This document shows, in pieces, positions 12,935 to 26,649 of a DNA stretch of 64,000 nt. The notes beneath the pieces were generated by a model. The model ran no database searches and was not told where the DNA came from. It saw only the letters and a program-made list of their open reading frames with translations. Numbering within the stretch: the first letter of the stretch is position 1; every line of letters begins with the position of its first letter. The stretch is from Amphiscolops sp. MND2022 (lineage: Eukaryota). A program made the translations under genes and the position numbers. The DNA is taken from contig OZ076409.1 of assembly GCA_964187785.1 (NCBI GenBank), positions 44,208,001 through 44,272,000 of the forward strand. The letters run 5' to 3'.

Positions 12935-15900
12935 CGATTCGTACTGAAAGGAGCTTGCTGTTAACAGGACGAGCCGGAAAAAAAGTTGAAGAGGGTGTCG
13001 TATACGCTGCAGAGCCTCCTTGGAGTGTCACTAGCGGTCCCATTAAAATAGATATTGTTACCTCGGTAAGTGCTGCATTATAAATTACTGCATTAATATC
13101 ACAATGCTAGACATTGATCGTTGTAAAGTGGTGGTAAACACGAGTGAGTTAAAGGAGCTGTTTTTGATTTCGACTATTCGTTGCTCGTACTTCAATCGTT
13201 TTTGAGCATCATGAAGTTTATAGGCTTCCTTGACCTTTCTGGGGTAAAAGTTTGCGAGAGTATCGAAAATTTTCAAATCAAAAACGTACGATTGAATCTC
13301 GTTTCCCATAGACCATTTGCTTTGATATCCAACCTGGCCTCGTCTTCAGTGGTTGTTGTTCTGTTATCGAAGGACTCGACTTCTAACGACTGAATCTTTG
13401 GTTCAAGTTCTACATCGAAACAAACATCTTTCATGAGATTTGCAAAAGTGCCGCGGATTTCGCTATGTCTCATAGTGTGTACCCACCTTTAGCACAGTAC
13501 ATTGCGTGCGCTAGATTGAAAATTTCTCCACAGGGATATGATGCTGGGATATTCCTTGATTCTCATGCATATCGAATTGCAAGACCGTCGCGGAACTCCG
13601 TCTTCGTTAATGAGAAACCGTATCTCTTGAGGGGTAAGGCGTTGAGCAAACTGGATGCTCCGACGCCAGTTACAGGGCATAGATCTAATCTTCCGTTGCG
13701 CCTTGCTTCCCATTTGTCTATTTTTTTTTGCGTCAACATTCTCTTTTCTTCTCTTATAACGCGCTTAATCCTATGTTGCGAGTTTTCAGCTCACATAGGA
13801 ACGGCGTTATACAGACAGTCACCGAGGGAGTTGGACCATCTGAGGTATTTTTTCCTTCCGGAAGCGTGATGTTGAGACCTCCTTTTCTCACGGGTAGGGA
13901 AAACAAACTTCTATCAGTAGTCGTTAAAGTTTTCCTGTCAATGATGAAATTAGATTTTCTGATAAGTTTCTCGGGCTTTTGCAGATACTCTTCCATGTCC
14001 AGCGTTGTTCTAGTTTACAAGACAATTTGGTTTGCATGCCTTTGGTATACGCTTGATATACATTGGCGTGCTGTGAGAATTTTGAAAGTCTTTGCGTTCT
14101 CTGACACTATTTTTGCTTAGAAATCGTGACAGGCGATTCGTACTGAAAGGAGCTTGCTGTTAACAGGACGAGCCGGAAAAAAAGTTGAAGAGGGTGTCGT
14201 ATACGCTGCAGAGCCTCCTTGGAGTGTCACTAGCGGTCCCATTAAAATAGATATTGTTACCTCGGTAAGTGCTGCATTATAAATTACTGCATTAATATCA
14301 CAATGCTAGACATTGATCGTTGTAAAGTGGTGGTAAACACGAGTGAGTTAAAGGAGCTGTTTTTGATTTCGACTATTCGTTGCTCGTACTTCAATCGTTT
14401 TTGAGCATCATGAAGTTTATAGGCTTCCTTGACCTTTCTGGGGTAAAAGTTTGCGAGAGTATCGAAAATTTTCAAATCAAAAACGTACGATTGAATCTCG
14501 TTTCCCATAGACCATTTGCTTTGATATCCAACCTGGCCTCGTCTTCAGTGGTTGTTGTTCTGTTATCGAAGGACTCGACTTCTAACGACTGAATCTTTGG
14601 TTCAAGTTCTACATCGAAACAAACATCTTTCATGAGATTTGCAAAAGTGCCGCGGATTTCGCTATGTCTCATAGTGTGTACCCACCTTTAGCACAGTACA
14701 TTGCGTGCGCTAGATTGAAAATTTCTCCACAGGGATATGATGCTGGGATATTCCTTGATTCTCATGCATATCGAATTGCAAGACCGTCGCGGAACTCCGT
14801 CTTCGTTAATGAGAAACCGTATCTCTTGAGGGGTAAGGCGTTGAGCAAACTGGATGCTCCGACGCCAGTTACAGGGCATAGATCTAATCTTCCGTTGCGC
14901 CTTGCTTCCCATTTGTCTATTTTTTTTGCGTCAACATTCTCTTTTCTTCTCTTATAACGCGCTTAATCCTATGTTGCGAGTTTTCAGCTCACATAGGAAC
15001 GGCGTTATACAGACAGTCACCGAGGGAGTTGGACCATCTGAGGTATTTTTTCCTTCCGGAAGCGTGATGTTGAGACCTCCTTTTCTCACGGGTAGGGAAA
15101 ACAAACTTCTATCAGTAGTCGTTAAAGTTTTCCTGTCAATGATGAAATTAGATTTTCTGATAAGTTTCTCGGGCTTTTGCAGATACTCTTCCATGTCCAG
15201 CGTTGTTCTAGTTTACAAGACAATTTGGTTTGCATGCCTTTGGTATACGCTTGATATACATTGGCGTGCTGTGAGAATTTTGAAAGTCTTTGCGTTCTCT
15301 GACACTATTTTTGCTTAGAAATCGTGACAGGCGATTCGTACTGAAAGGAGCTTGCTGTTAACAGGACGAGCCGGAAAAAAAGTTGAAGAGGGTGTCGTAT
15401 ACGCTGCAGAGCCTCCTTGGAGTGTCACTAGCGGTCCCATTAAAATAGATATTGTTACCTCGGTAAGTGCTGCATTATAAATTACTGCATTAATATCACA
15501 ATGCTAGACATTGATCGTTGTAAAGTGGTGGTAAACACGAGTGAGTTAAAGGAGCTGTTTTTGATTTCGACTATTCGTTGCTCGTACTTCAATCGTTTTT
15601 GAGCATCATGAAGTTTATAGGCTTCCTTGACCTTTCTGGGGTAAAAGTTTGCGAGAGTATCGAAAATTTTCAAATCAAAAACGTACGATTGAATCTCGTT
15701 TCCCATAGACCATTTGCTTTGATATCCAACCTGGCCTCGTCTTCAGTGGTTGTTGTTCTGTTATCGAAGGACTCGACTTCTAACGACTGAATCTTTGGTT
15801 CAAGTTCTACATCGAAACAAACATCTTTCATGAGATTTGCAAAAGTGCCGCGGATTTCGCTATGTCTCATAGTGTGTACCCACCTTTAGCACAGTACATT

Positions 15901-16533
15901 GCGTGCGCTAGATTGAAAATTTCTCCACAGGGATATGATGCTGGGATATTCCTTGATTCTCATGCATATCGAATTGCAAGACCGTCGCGGAACTCCGTCT
16001 TCGTTAATGAGAAACCGTATCTCTTGAGGGGTAAGGCGTTGAGCAAACTGGATGCTCCGACGCCAGTTACAGGGCATAGATCTAATCTTCCGTTGCGCCT
16101 TGCTTCCCATTTGTCTATTTTTTTTGCGTCAACATTCTCTTTTCTTCTCTTATAACGCGCTTAATCCTATGTTGCGAGTTTTCAGCTCACATAGGAACGG
16201 CGTTATACAGACAGTCACCGAGGGAGTTGGACCATCTGAGGTATTTTTTCCTTCCGGAAGCGTGATGTTGAGACCTCCTTTTCTCACGGGTAGGGAAAAC
16301 AAACTTCTATCAGTAGTCGTTAAAGTTTTCCTGTCAATGATGAAATTAGATTTTCTGATAAGTTTCTCGGGCTTTTGCAGATACTCTTCCATGTCCAGCG
16401 TTGTTCTAGTTTACAAGACAATTTGGTTTGCATGCCTTTGGTATACGCTTGATATACATTGGCGTGCTGTGAGAATTTTGAAAGTCTTTGCGTTCTCTGA
16501 CACTATTTTTGCTTAGAAATCGTGACAGGCGAT
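12935..16533. repeat. Tandem triplication of a 1198-1199 bp unit
   Basis: Units start at 12935, 14134 and 15332; identical ORF sets; CGAT at every junction. Confidence 0.95.
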
Positions 16534-16915
16534 GCGCTGCAGGTGACCGATCCGACTACTCGAAGTCCTTCCAGGATGCCAACAAGAGGATCTCAACTCT
16601 TCGAATTTTCTTTGATGATGTTTTCTAGGTGATTCTTTTTTGCTATAATGTAGCACTTGGAAAAGTGGTATCCAAACGCTGGGCGGTGTTCGGCTAGAGC
16701 CTCGTGAAGTGTATGCAGATTTTTCAGTTCTCCTATCGCGTTTCCGTCGTCGGCGTGCCACGTCTTGACTATATCGGTGTTCTCCAGTAACTTCACAAGT
16801 GGCAAAAGGGCAACTACATACAATGCCATTGCAAGAGGATCACCTTGAGTCGTGCTTTCTTGTGAAAGAATCACTTTACCGTTGACGAATAGGTAGCAAG
16901 GCGATGTAAAAAAAT
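13119..16915 (-). mobile_element. Decayed CRE-like RLE non-LTR retroposon (3' part triplicated)
   Basis: RT motifs TTQGDPLAMALY and WHADD (16593-16874); SLPVRKGGL; RH..IR..F; RLE-like EDEARLDIKANGLW. Confidence 0.8.
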
Positions 16916-17502
16916 TCTTCAGAGGGATGAGACTTTTAAAGATTTTGGAAATATTTTAAAGCTTCCAGAAGGTCCCCTTCAATTTCTAAAATATTTTGCA
17001 ACAAACTGGATTTTCAAAAAGCCCATTATCGGCACTAAGAGCTTTTCCAAAATGGATAATTTTAGGTTTCATTAGGTTTTCTCAGTGGCCCAGCACCCTT
17101 CATTCAAACTTTTGACGTTATATCCGAAATAAGACGTTTCTTAATAAGGTGGTCGAGGTTCGAAAATATTGCGGCGCTATATCCAAATTTTGATCTTTGA
17201 ACTGTTGATATTTGCTTAATGTGAACTAATGGTATAGTTTATGTACAAATATTTAATATTTCGAAAAAGCTAGTATATTTGGTTCTATCGCTTTTTGCGG
17301 TTCGCTCCCTGAAACCGAGGGTTGACTTGTTAACTGAAGTTTTAACCACTACCGTTGTTCACTTTATAACACTATGTCACTTTTTTCTAATTTGTTTTTA
17401 TCGAAGGCCACCCTCGATGTTTACTAGAAACCAAAGGCGAGCACAGGGGACTTCTTCGAGTTTTTGGCTTCGTGGAAATGCCACAGGGAGAAACTCCCGT
17501 AA

Positions 17503-18240
17503 TTAAATCAAGGGGTTAGCACGACATGGTTCACATAGGCACACAAAAATCCAAGTACACGGATTGTTGTCTGCCCAATAATATTTAAGATACTTCCACA
17601 TTAAAGTAAGCAGTCTCTGTTTCAGGTTAAGTTGGTTGAAAAAGTCAAGGTGCTTCTGTATTATATTGATTCTGAATTCAGTTCGGTACAAGAAGTTTTG
17701 ACGTTGTGCTTCGTAAAAGGTAGTCGGTAATATGATTCTCGCCTGTCTTCCTTCACGCTTGATTTCATAGTGCTCGGTAAGGTCAACTGTATAGTAGTCG
17801 TTAATGATGTTACTGTACAACAAGAAGTCTTTGAGAACCTTGTAATAAAGTGGTGGCAATAAGTTCGTCGAAATTAGCGAGTCAATGTAGTTCATGTTGC
17901 CACAGATCCATTTGAGGGCTTTGGCGTCGAAATTTTCGATTAATTTGTGCACAGCCTTTTTCAGTTCCCAGCATTCAGAACCAAACAACAGTATCGGATT
18001 TATGATAGCTCTGTAAAGGTGTACTTTTGCCGCTATGGTGAGTGATTGATGGGTGTTTCTCTTCAGAAGAAATAAACATTTTAAGGCTTTTGATATACGA
18101 TACTCCACGTGTTCTTTCCAGCTTAGTGATTCATTGATGATGAGTCCGTCTTTGGAGGACGTTTTTTGCTTCATGATTTCATTTCCCAGTAGTAAGGCAA
18201 CGTTTGTTTTTCTCTTGTTTTTTCCAGGCACGAATTCGAT
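17503..18240 (-). mobile_element. 3' fragment of a CR1/L2-like LINE ORF2
   Basis: LSWKEHV, LYRAIINPILLFGSECW, C-terminal CTW..CLC..CR; homologous to the end of the 23050-26621 LINE. Confidence 0.75.
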
Positions 18241-18289
18241 TTACATTTTTGAATCTTGGGCGGGGCGTGCAAAGATCGATTTGACCGAC

Positions 18290-18588
18290 TTGAGCAAAGG
18301 GTCCCTGGTTTAGATTTTTTGGCACTGTGCGAGTTTATGGCGGAAAAGTTTCATATTCGTTTTTTTTTCGGATGTTTCAGGTGAGAAAAGAAAAAACTTT
18401 GGTTTTCTGATGTTTCTGGAGAAAATAAAAGCAAAAACGTATGCTTAAGCCAAAAGGGCCCCTTTGGGTTTTTTCTCTGTAGTGTGAAATTGAGAATTCA
18501 TTCAAAAGGGAATCCTCGACGCTTTGAAGTACTTTTGGTGTTTTTAAGTCTGCAACGGGGCACCGATTCATGCCGTTCCCGGTTTGTT
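18290..18588 (+). mobile_element. Degenerate partial HINE-like element
   Basis: AAAGGGTCCC motifs; ends GCACCGATTCATGCCGTTCCCGGTTTGTT. Confidence 0.5.
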
Positions 18589-18879
18589 GGAATAACTTTT
18601 TCAAAAGAAGAATGTAGATCCTATGCAGTTCGATCGGAGGATACAAAGAACAGATTTGCAAACAAACAGTGCCAATACATGAACATTTCAATTCAAATTT
18701 CTTTCATATTTTCATTAAGTTATGAAAGTGAGTGAGACAACTTATATCACGGTTTCTCCCAATTAAAGGTTGTTATATTCTCTAAATTTAATGTTTCCAC
18801 CATACATGAATCTACTACAATAAGTCTTTACTACAAGAAAGATTTTTCAAAATGGATCTGAAGTTATCAATCAACTAAC

Positions 18880-19030
18880 TTCCATAGATCCCTATTCAAC
18901 GCATTGCTTTTGTTGGGGCGATTCAACTCCAGATGATATACGTAGTCACTGGGTTTGAACACATTCAGATATTCATACTCTGGAACTGATGAAAGGTATC
19001 GTCGCGGAAGGGTTTTAAACGCACTGCAAC
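18880..19030 (-). CDS. ECH1: ECH1-like exon 2 (GCSAFKTLPRRYLSS...YHLELNRPNKSNALNRDLWK)
   Basis: tttacAG acceptor, GTTAGT donor; crotonase LNRP..NA motif. Confidence 0.9.
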
Positions 19031-19099
19031 CTGTAAAACATACACTTTGAGTCTTCATCCTCAAGATTTTTCCGAAGAGGTTAAAATATTAACACTTAC

Positions 19100-19148
19100 C
19101 AAAATGTTGCCCCAGATCACGAAGAAGAATTTTGTTCACCCTTGCCAT
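19100..19148 (-). CDS. ECH1: ECH1-like dienoyl-CoA isomerase exon 1 (MARVNKILLRDLGQHF; putative mitochondrial presequence)
   Basis: ATG at 19148-19146; GTAAGT donor; phase 1 joins exon 2 in frame. Not conserved, so the start is inferred. Confidence 0.7.
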
Positions 19149-19868
19149 GTTATGGAAATCAGAAATAATCAGTCGAAGGCTCACACTCACAGCGCGTTTC
19201 TGAAACAAATTTGAGGGTGATGAGTATTAGTAAAATTAATGAATCAAACTTTATGATTAATGAGATACAGTTGGGTCATCTTAATGATAGCAAAAGTACA
19301 AATTAAAAAAAATACAGAAGCATAAATAAATGGTCTAAGTGATTGCGTAATAGCATCAACAGAGATAATAATTACGCTGACAATGGTGAAAAACAATTAC
19401 TATTCCGCTAAGAAAATTCCGCTAACAATTGCTATTCATTATTCCGAAAATAAAATTTCGGATTCTTCATTCCGAATGAGTAAATGTTATTTGAGGGACG
19501 AAAGCTATAGTAAATAAAACTGGTCATATGAATGGGCCATCCACTTTCCAGTCAAAAACCAGTCGCCGGACTAGCAATGGCACACCGCTCCGTTTCGCTC
19601 CTGTATTTTGGGCAGTTGATGTATGTGAATAGAGTCACAGCTGGTTACCTCACCTTAATTCAGTTGGACTTTGAACAGTTCACCGATTCATTCGATTCAA
19701 TACTCTTCTATATTAAAATTCAATCTATGGTCTGATGAAATTTTAGCATATTCTTCAGATGTTAAACACCTGAGATGTCAACGTGGGGGAAACAATCAGG
19801 GAAAAATCAAAACAAAACTCATTACTCATGCCATCTAATAGGTAGACCGACAGAAAAAAACTAATGAA

Positions 19869-20262
19869 TAGCAAGCCAGGAACGGCCAAAGTCGGCTTAA
19901 AAAGCGCAAGTTGAAAATTGTGAAAGGGGGACCCTTTGAGCTTTTTCAAACTACATTTTAACATCCATTCTGTTGCAGATTATCAAAAAATTCGAGTGGG
20001 ACCATTTGGATACATCGAAAAAATTTCGAAAAAGTCTAACAAAGCCGAAAGAGGGGAACTCTCTGTGCCGAAAAAAGTGGAAAGGGGGACCTTCTGCTTT
20101 GGAATGGTTTTGTATTTCATGCTAGAGGCTTTGAATGCGTTCAAAATCAACTACTCAGTACTTATGGTAAAAGTGCACAGTGCAGAAAAAACCGATCGCG
20201 TTGAACTGACGAAAAAAAACTAGCCACTGTAAGAGTCGTGCTTTTTTTGAAAAGGCCAACTA
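19869..20262 (-). mobile_element. Degenerate HINE-like element upstream of ECH1
   Basis: CAAGCCAGGAACGGCCAAAGTCGGC terminus and GGGGACCC motifs in reverse orientation. Confidence 0.55.
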
Positions 20263-20537
20263 GAATTCATCAGAAGCCCATGAAATCTAGCAGAGCATTC
20301 AACAGTGATTTGTTTTTTCATTAGTTCAATTCATTTTTTCACTATCAGATATCATGGATCTTCGTCATCAATCAAGTGCCATGTGTGTCATCATGTTGGG
20401 GGGAGAAGACACACACCCGTGGTCTATGACGACAGCAGGAAACCCCATACCAGCCACTTTTCCAGTAGACCTGTGGCAACAAAAACGAACCAACATATTA
20501 CACATACCAGCCACTATCCCAGTCGACCGGTAGAAAT

Positions 20538-20623
20538 TGCAATGATGAATGGGTTTTCGAAGAAAGCTGCAATGATGAATGGGTTTTCGAAGAAAGCTGC
20601 AATGATAAATGGGTTTTCAAGAA
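20538..20623. repeat. 30 bp minisatellite x~3
   Basis: TGCAATGATGAATGGGTTTTCGAAGAAAGC repeated. Confidence 0.85.
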
Positions 20624-21491
20624 ATTATAACTATAATAAATTTCTTCAAAAGTATCCCTGTTGCTCGAAGTTCCTAGAACGGGGCAGGGACGTTCGTCAC
20701 CAGCCATTTGGGCGACAAAAATTTCAGCCCATTTCGGCGACAATAATGTCGCCCAAATGTCTCGTAGACTAAATGGCCAAAAATGTTCACAAACCCCTAG
20801 TGCCCTAAATGCAGGAGCGAAGCGAAGCAGAGCGACGTGCCATATGGCCATGCCTCAATGTTGCTACTTGGCGAAGGGAGCGAAGCGACCGAGCCATACA
20901 ACAAATATGCAAACTTCTTCAAATATATCAGTTAATTGATCAATTTGATCAACCCATTTGGTCGACACTCTCGTCGCCCATGTGACCGACGCAATATTGT
21001 CGCCGATATGGCTGGTCTAAATGTACGTCTAAATTAGGCCCCTATTTGCGGGCGAATGAAATTTCAGGCTCAACATATATTCTCGCAGTCGGTAAGTGTA
21101 ACCGAGGCGGGCCAATCTCTTCATCCGAACTTGAATCTGGTCTGTAGTCCTCAAATGTGCAATAAGTGTCACTCATTACTCAATCGGAAATTGCTTAAAA
21201 CTATTAAGCAATATGTCCACAAAATTAAGCAATATGGCATTAAGAAAACACATCCATATTGCGTAAAAATTATTAGGCAATATGTCCACAAAATTAAGCA
21301 ATATGGCATTAAGCAATATGGAATTAAGCAATATGTCTTGTACCCAGGTTAAGAGTTTACAGGCTAAGGGGTCTGTCAAGTACATGCTTTAATCAACCAG
21401 CTCTTTTGGAAAAAATGACAAAACGGTACGCGAAGGGCTTTCCAATGTGTGTAACGTGAACTTCGACGAAATTTCGGGTACTCAGCTGGTC

Positions 21492-21731
21492 GGGTGGGCG
21501 GAAACATGTCGAAGGAACGGGATCGAAAATCAGAGTTAGTCCTCAGGTCGACATACCAAATTTTGAATGGGATCGAAACAACTCGGATCGAAATTTTTAT
21601 AACATTGTCAGATATGTTCACATACAACAAATACAAAAAAGTTCGACATTCCATTCGATCCCTGCAATTCGATCAAAAGGTTCGACCTCTGTCCTTTCGA
21701 CCAGAAAAATTCGACCTATTTACAGCCACCC
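21492..21731. mobile_element. MITE with imperfect TIRs and 9 bp TSD (MULE- or Merlin-like)
   Basis: GGGTGGGCGGAAACATGTCGAA ... TTCGACCTATTTACAGCCACCC; CAGCTGGTC on both sides; longer copy at 22536-22884. Confidence 0.85.
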
Positions 21732-22485
21732 CAGCTGGTCTTGGGGTTTCATCAGCATCATTATTAGAACTTCTCGCCTTTTTGGCCTCAGCTTTTGGTG
21801 CGAGTGATTTTCCCACGACGATTTTCTCGGAAACATTCGAAGATGTGTCGTTTACAAAAGTGCTTGAGGAATGGTTGAGTTTGCCGAATGAACAGGAGAG
21901 TCCTCTCGATGGAACTCACAAAAAATGGACACAACCTGTCTTCGTCAAAACCGCCCAAGATTTGTTTTCTAGAATGGATGACAAACATCGGAAAGTTTTA
22001 AACGTTCATCAGGGCATGTTTAGGTCTCAATGGCTGAACGTCGTTCCTTGCGAGAAGCTAGGCCTGAAACTTAATTATCAGCAGCTTCGGATTTCAATTG
22101 GTTGGCTTCTCGGAGCCAACATCTGTGTTGCGCATACGTGCCACAGTGGTGAGAGTTGAACGAGACAGTTTACACGGTCTTTCTTGCACCAAGAGTGCTG
22201 GTCGCTTCTCACGTCATGCTACTCTCAATTCGGTATATGCACAGTTTGCCGAAACCCAGTTTGCCGGACACCAATTTGCCGAATCCGAGGGACAGTTTGC
22301 CGATTTTTTTTCGGCAAACTGGGCAATGTAGGGACAATTTGCCGAATTCGGCAAACTGTGTTTCGGCAAACTCCCAAATTCCTCAATTCTTTCATAAAGC
22401 AGACGTTGGGATCTCTCGACTTGCCTTCAGTGCTCGAACCACGCGGACTGTACCGAACCGATGGCAAACGCACAGACGGTGTTAT
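21732..22485 (+). mobile_element. CRE-like retroposon fragment (RT C-terminus, Cys/His motif, RLE)
   Basis: QWLNVVPC..LGLKL, HGLSCTKSAGRFSRH, EPRGLYRTDGKRTDG. Confidence 0.75.
22232..22381. mobile_element. 150 bp MITE with 8 bp TSD
   Basis: CTCAATTC at 22224-31 and 22382-89; inverted GTTTGCCGAAAC arms; interrupts the CRE reading frame. Confidence 0.8.
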
Positions 22486-23049
22486 ATATAGGGGCAGGGA
22501 CATTTCGTCACCAGCCATTTGAGCGACAAAAATTTGGGTGGGCGGAAACATGTCGAATGAACGGGATCGAAAATCAGAGTTAGTCCTCAAGTCGACATAC
22601 CAAATTTTTGAATGGGATCAAAACAACTCGGATCGAAATTTTTATAACGTAGTCAGATATGTTCACATAACCTTAGTGCCCTGAATGCAGGAGCGAAGCG
22701 AAGCGGAGCGACGTGCCATATGGCCATGCCTCAATGTTGCTACTTGGCGAAGGGAGCGAAGCGACCGAGCCATACAACAAATACGATAAAAATCGACCGC
22801 ATTCCATTCGATTCCTGCAATTCGATCAAAAGGTTCGACCTCTGTCCTTTCGACCAGAAAAATTCGACCTATTTACAGCCACCCGTATTTGACCCCCTAG
22901 AACACAGGCAGCATTGCCAATCTGAAGATCCATTCAGATCCTATTAATCAAAAACTTGCCAGCTCGTTCATTGTCGTGCGAACGAAAGATCATTTCACGG
23001 AAACACGTGATGAAAAGGGGGAGCATAATTGTTGTGATAGACTTAAATA

Positions 23050-26000
23050 GTTTCCAGAAAAATGACAAACAAAACATCTACGTCGGCATCCAAGTGTGGA
23101 TCCTGCAAGAAAATGGTGAAGGATGAAGACCTGTCTGACATTGTTTGTGATTCTTGTGGTGTTTGAAATCATGGCTGCAAATGTGCTGGCTTCTCTCAAG
23201 ATGATGTCACTGTGATGGGCAGAATGAGAGGGTGTCTCTGGATTTGTAGTGTCTGCACAACGATGATGTCTTCACATCAGAAGCTAAGTTGAATTCTTTG
23301 ATTGCTACGAAAGAATTTACATTTCCGGCCAAATCAAATCCGGCCAAATCGAGTGACTTTCATTCCTCTTTTGAAGCTGATGACTTTAGGTTGGAAGAAG
23401 TCTTCCAACAAATTGGTGAACTTGGACGTCCTCAGCGTGATTCAAAAAGATCCAAGCCCATGCTTGTACGTTTTACCTCTGAATGGGCTGCTCGCAAAAT
23501 TTTATCGAAATCTTACAAGCTGAAATCATACCCTGTTTTACTCTACTTTTCAAAATTGCTAAAAAAGAAGACCAAGCAACGAGACGTAAACTGTTAGAAA
23601 AAAAAATCAAATGATTAACAATGAAAACGTCTTCATAGAAGAACTGAGAATTAAAGGTCTGAAACTCATGAGAAATGGTTTTGAGGTTACCTTGTAAAAC
23701 TGACTGCAAGTCAAATCTTGCCTTATCAATGTCCAAAGCCTTATTGATGTTTCGCAACGCCTCAATCTTCTGAATTATCTCAGTCTTCATTCCCCACAGA
23801 TCATCTTTCTAACTGAAATTGGTCTCTATCCATCTATCAATGATTCTGAATTTTTTCCACTAAAAAGCAATTATACAACAATCTCCAGACAAGATCGAAT
23901 AACTGGGGAAGATGGTGGGGTTTTGGTAGCTACCAAAGAAGAATTTCAATTTAACCAATCAGAAGTTTCAAAGCTAAACGATTACTCAACAGCCATCTAC
24001 CTATTTCACGAATACAGCTCTCACATGTTTCCACTGAAATATAACCTGCCCACAAATTCTCCATACCGTATTCAAGAAGACTGACTAGTAGACTGCATTT
24101 CTTCATACTTCAATGACGATCTTGTTTTTTCGAATTCTCTCACAGTTCTTGGTGACATCAACTTGGTGGATGTCCGCTGGGCAACAATCACTGCACACTC
24201 TGATTACTCTGAAGCAATATTGGAAAAAGTCGAAAATTCAAATCTCCTGGTAATTGTTTTCGAACCAATTTACAAGTCCGGAAGCATACTAGATATCATA
24301 TAGACCTCAACTCCAGAACTTTTTACGGTTTGTGCGAATGATAGTCTGTACTCGGATCACTTTGCTGTTTTTGCATGGTTTCACTTACCTAAGTCCTTGT
24401 CCAACCAAAGTTCTCAAAGAACATCAAAGTATTCAGCATCTTCTTTCGCCACTCACTGCTTCAACCGAAATCTGTCTTCTCGCTACTCTGATCTTCTGAG
24501 CTTCCCCTCCAGTTTTCTTCAATTTTTTTGATGATTATGTTGCCTTCGGGTATCAAGTAATTATGAATGCAATCAATGCATCTTGTCATCGCAAAACTAA
24601 CAGGAGACTTGATATTCTATATTTCAATTCCTCTCACTCCATACATATGATTAATAGGCTCCGCACTGCTGCCAAAAACAATTATGAACCAACATATCAA
24701 AAGAAGTTGAAGGATGACATACAAAACTTTATTAAACTGGACAGAACGATCTTGATTGACTGTCTATCACCCAATTCGACTTGCTCTTGCTTCAAATACC
24801 TGCGCTCATTCTCTTTTAATCATATACCCAACCAGATGCATTGGAAACATATCAAAGCTAGCACCATTATTCATATCGTTAACCTCCTCAATTTCCAATT
24901 CAGCTCTGTATACCAAACAATCAATGCAACATTCTTACCAAAAGCTGGAAATCCACATGTGTTTTTGCAGGATATGACAAAACAACTTTCAACAACTTTT
25001 GATGGTTGAAATTTTACTTTCCAGTGCATCCTCTAATTGTTCGAGCTCTGATCCCAATCCCACATTCGTTTTTAACTCCTGTCTAGGGCTACTAGGACCT
25101 CTTGTCACCCAGTTTCTTAATACCCTTATACCCTTATCAAATCAAAACAGTGGCCAGATTTCTGGAAATGTTCTACCATAAAGCCATTTCTCAAATCTGG
25201 TAACATCGAAAATGTGGAAAATTATCGTCCATTTAGCAATATGCCTCAATTATCCCTAATTTTCGAAAAAAATATGTTTCATTTCATTTATCCTCAAATA
25301 CGACCCTTGATTTGCGACCAACAACATGGTTTCTTACAAAATCGTTCAACAGTTACGCAATTACTCCCTTATCTTGACCAATTGTATCTTCAACTTGATG
25401 TGGATGGACCCAGCTTCTCAATGTATTTTGATTTTTCCAAAGCCTTTGATCTGGTTTCTCATCACAAACTCTTACAGAAATTGGCTCCGAATTTTTGGTG
25501 TTTTTCAAATCCTATCTTAATGAAAGATCTCAAAAGGTGTTCGTAAATGGGTCTGTTTCTGATTCTGCAATAGTTACAACTGGTGTTCCTCAGAGGAGCG
25601 CTCGACCCCCTTCTATTTATAATGTTTTTTAACGATCTACCCAAAACAGTGCTAACATCCTCGAGTTACATGTTTCCCGATCACAGTAAGCTTCACTCAG
25701 TCTTGACAACTTCTGATATGCAGCACGATATCAACGGTTTTCTTTACTGGTCTGTCAAAAACCTAATGAGATTCAATATTGACAAATGCAACGTTATCTC
25801 CTTTAAAAATAGAGAACCAATAGGCCCGTTCTTTTTGGATGGCAACGAACTACCAGTTGTAAATGCTATCAAGGACTTGGGTATAATGGTTTCTGACAAC
25901 TTATCCTGGGACAAGCATATTCAGACTAAATTGATTGCAGCCAGGAATTTTTTCCAGTTTTTGAAACGAAACCTGCCTCGAATTGTTTGTACCCGTACAA

Positions 26001-26621
26001 AGATACTTTATTATCGTCTTTGTGTACTGAGTGTCTTGCTATATGGTTCTTAAATATGGTACCCTTCATTGATTTACAGACGTGAATTGGAAGTATTCAA
26101 CATGAATTGCCTGAAATGGGTTACTGGATCTAACTATCTTGAACAACTTGCTGCAACACATACACTTCCAATTTTGTTCTATCTTGTTTTTCAAGACATG
26201 CTTTTTCTAATAAGACCATCCTTGGCAAGTATGACCTAAATATTAAAGACTTTGTATGTTTTAGCCATCCTGCTAAATATCTCAGAAGCTCCAAATTCAT
26301 CCATCTTTCCCCAGTAGAGCCCAGCCACAATTTTGAAACCCAGGAATCTTACTTCCAGAGATATTGCTGCTACTCTAACTACTTATCAGTAATCAAAATT
26401 TCGGTCTTCGACAACTTCAACTGCTCCAGAAGGGACCTTTCTGTTTACCTTCATAATCGAGTGTCTTCCTTCGACATAAATCGTTCATGCACTTGGTTTA
26501 TGAAGTGCTCTAGCAGCATCTGTCGTGCTTGAAATTTTACTTTTTATCCAGTAAAAGTAATTTATACCGCCTTTTATTACAAAGGGAATTAAGTCTTTCA
26601 GTAGTAGGAGTAGTAGCAGTA
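23050..26621 (+). mobile_element. Near full-length decayed CR1/L2-like LINE (PHD ORF1; APE plus RT ORF2)
   Basis: CDSC..H..C...WICSVC; PMLVRF ORF1 motif; APE GDINL and SDHF; RT ENYRPFS, DFSKAFD, GVPQ, FPDHSK; (AGT)n-like tail near 26598-26621; many stops and frameshifts. Confidence 0.85.
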
Positions 26622-26649
26622 GAAAAATTCACTGCTCTAGCCCAAAGAA

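Larger units (their letters stand above)
20681..22895. mobile_element. Composite TIR/MITE cluster carrying CRE fragments, bracketed by an 8 bp direct repeat
   Basis: CCTAGAAC at 20673-20680 and 22896-22903; GGG...CCC ends; internal duplicated modules. Confidence 0.5.

Noticed and set aside
21494..22159. 221 aa ORF as a gene
   Set aside because: MITE sequence fused to a CRE retroposon fragment.
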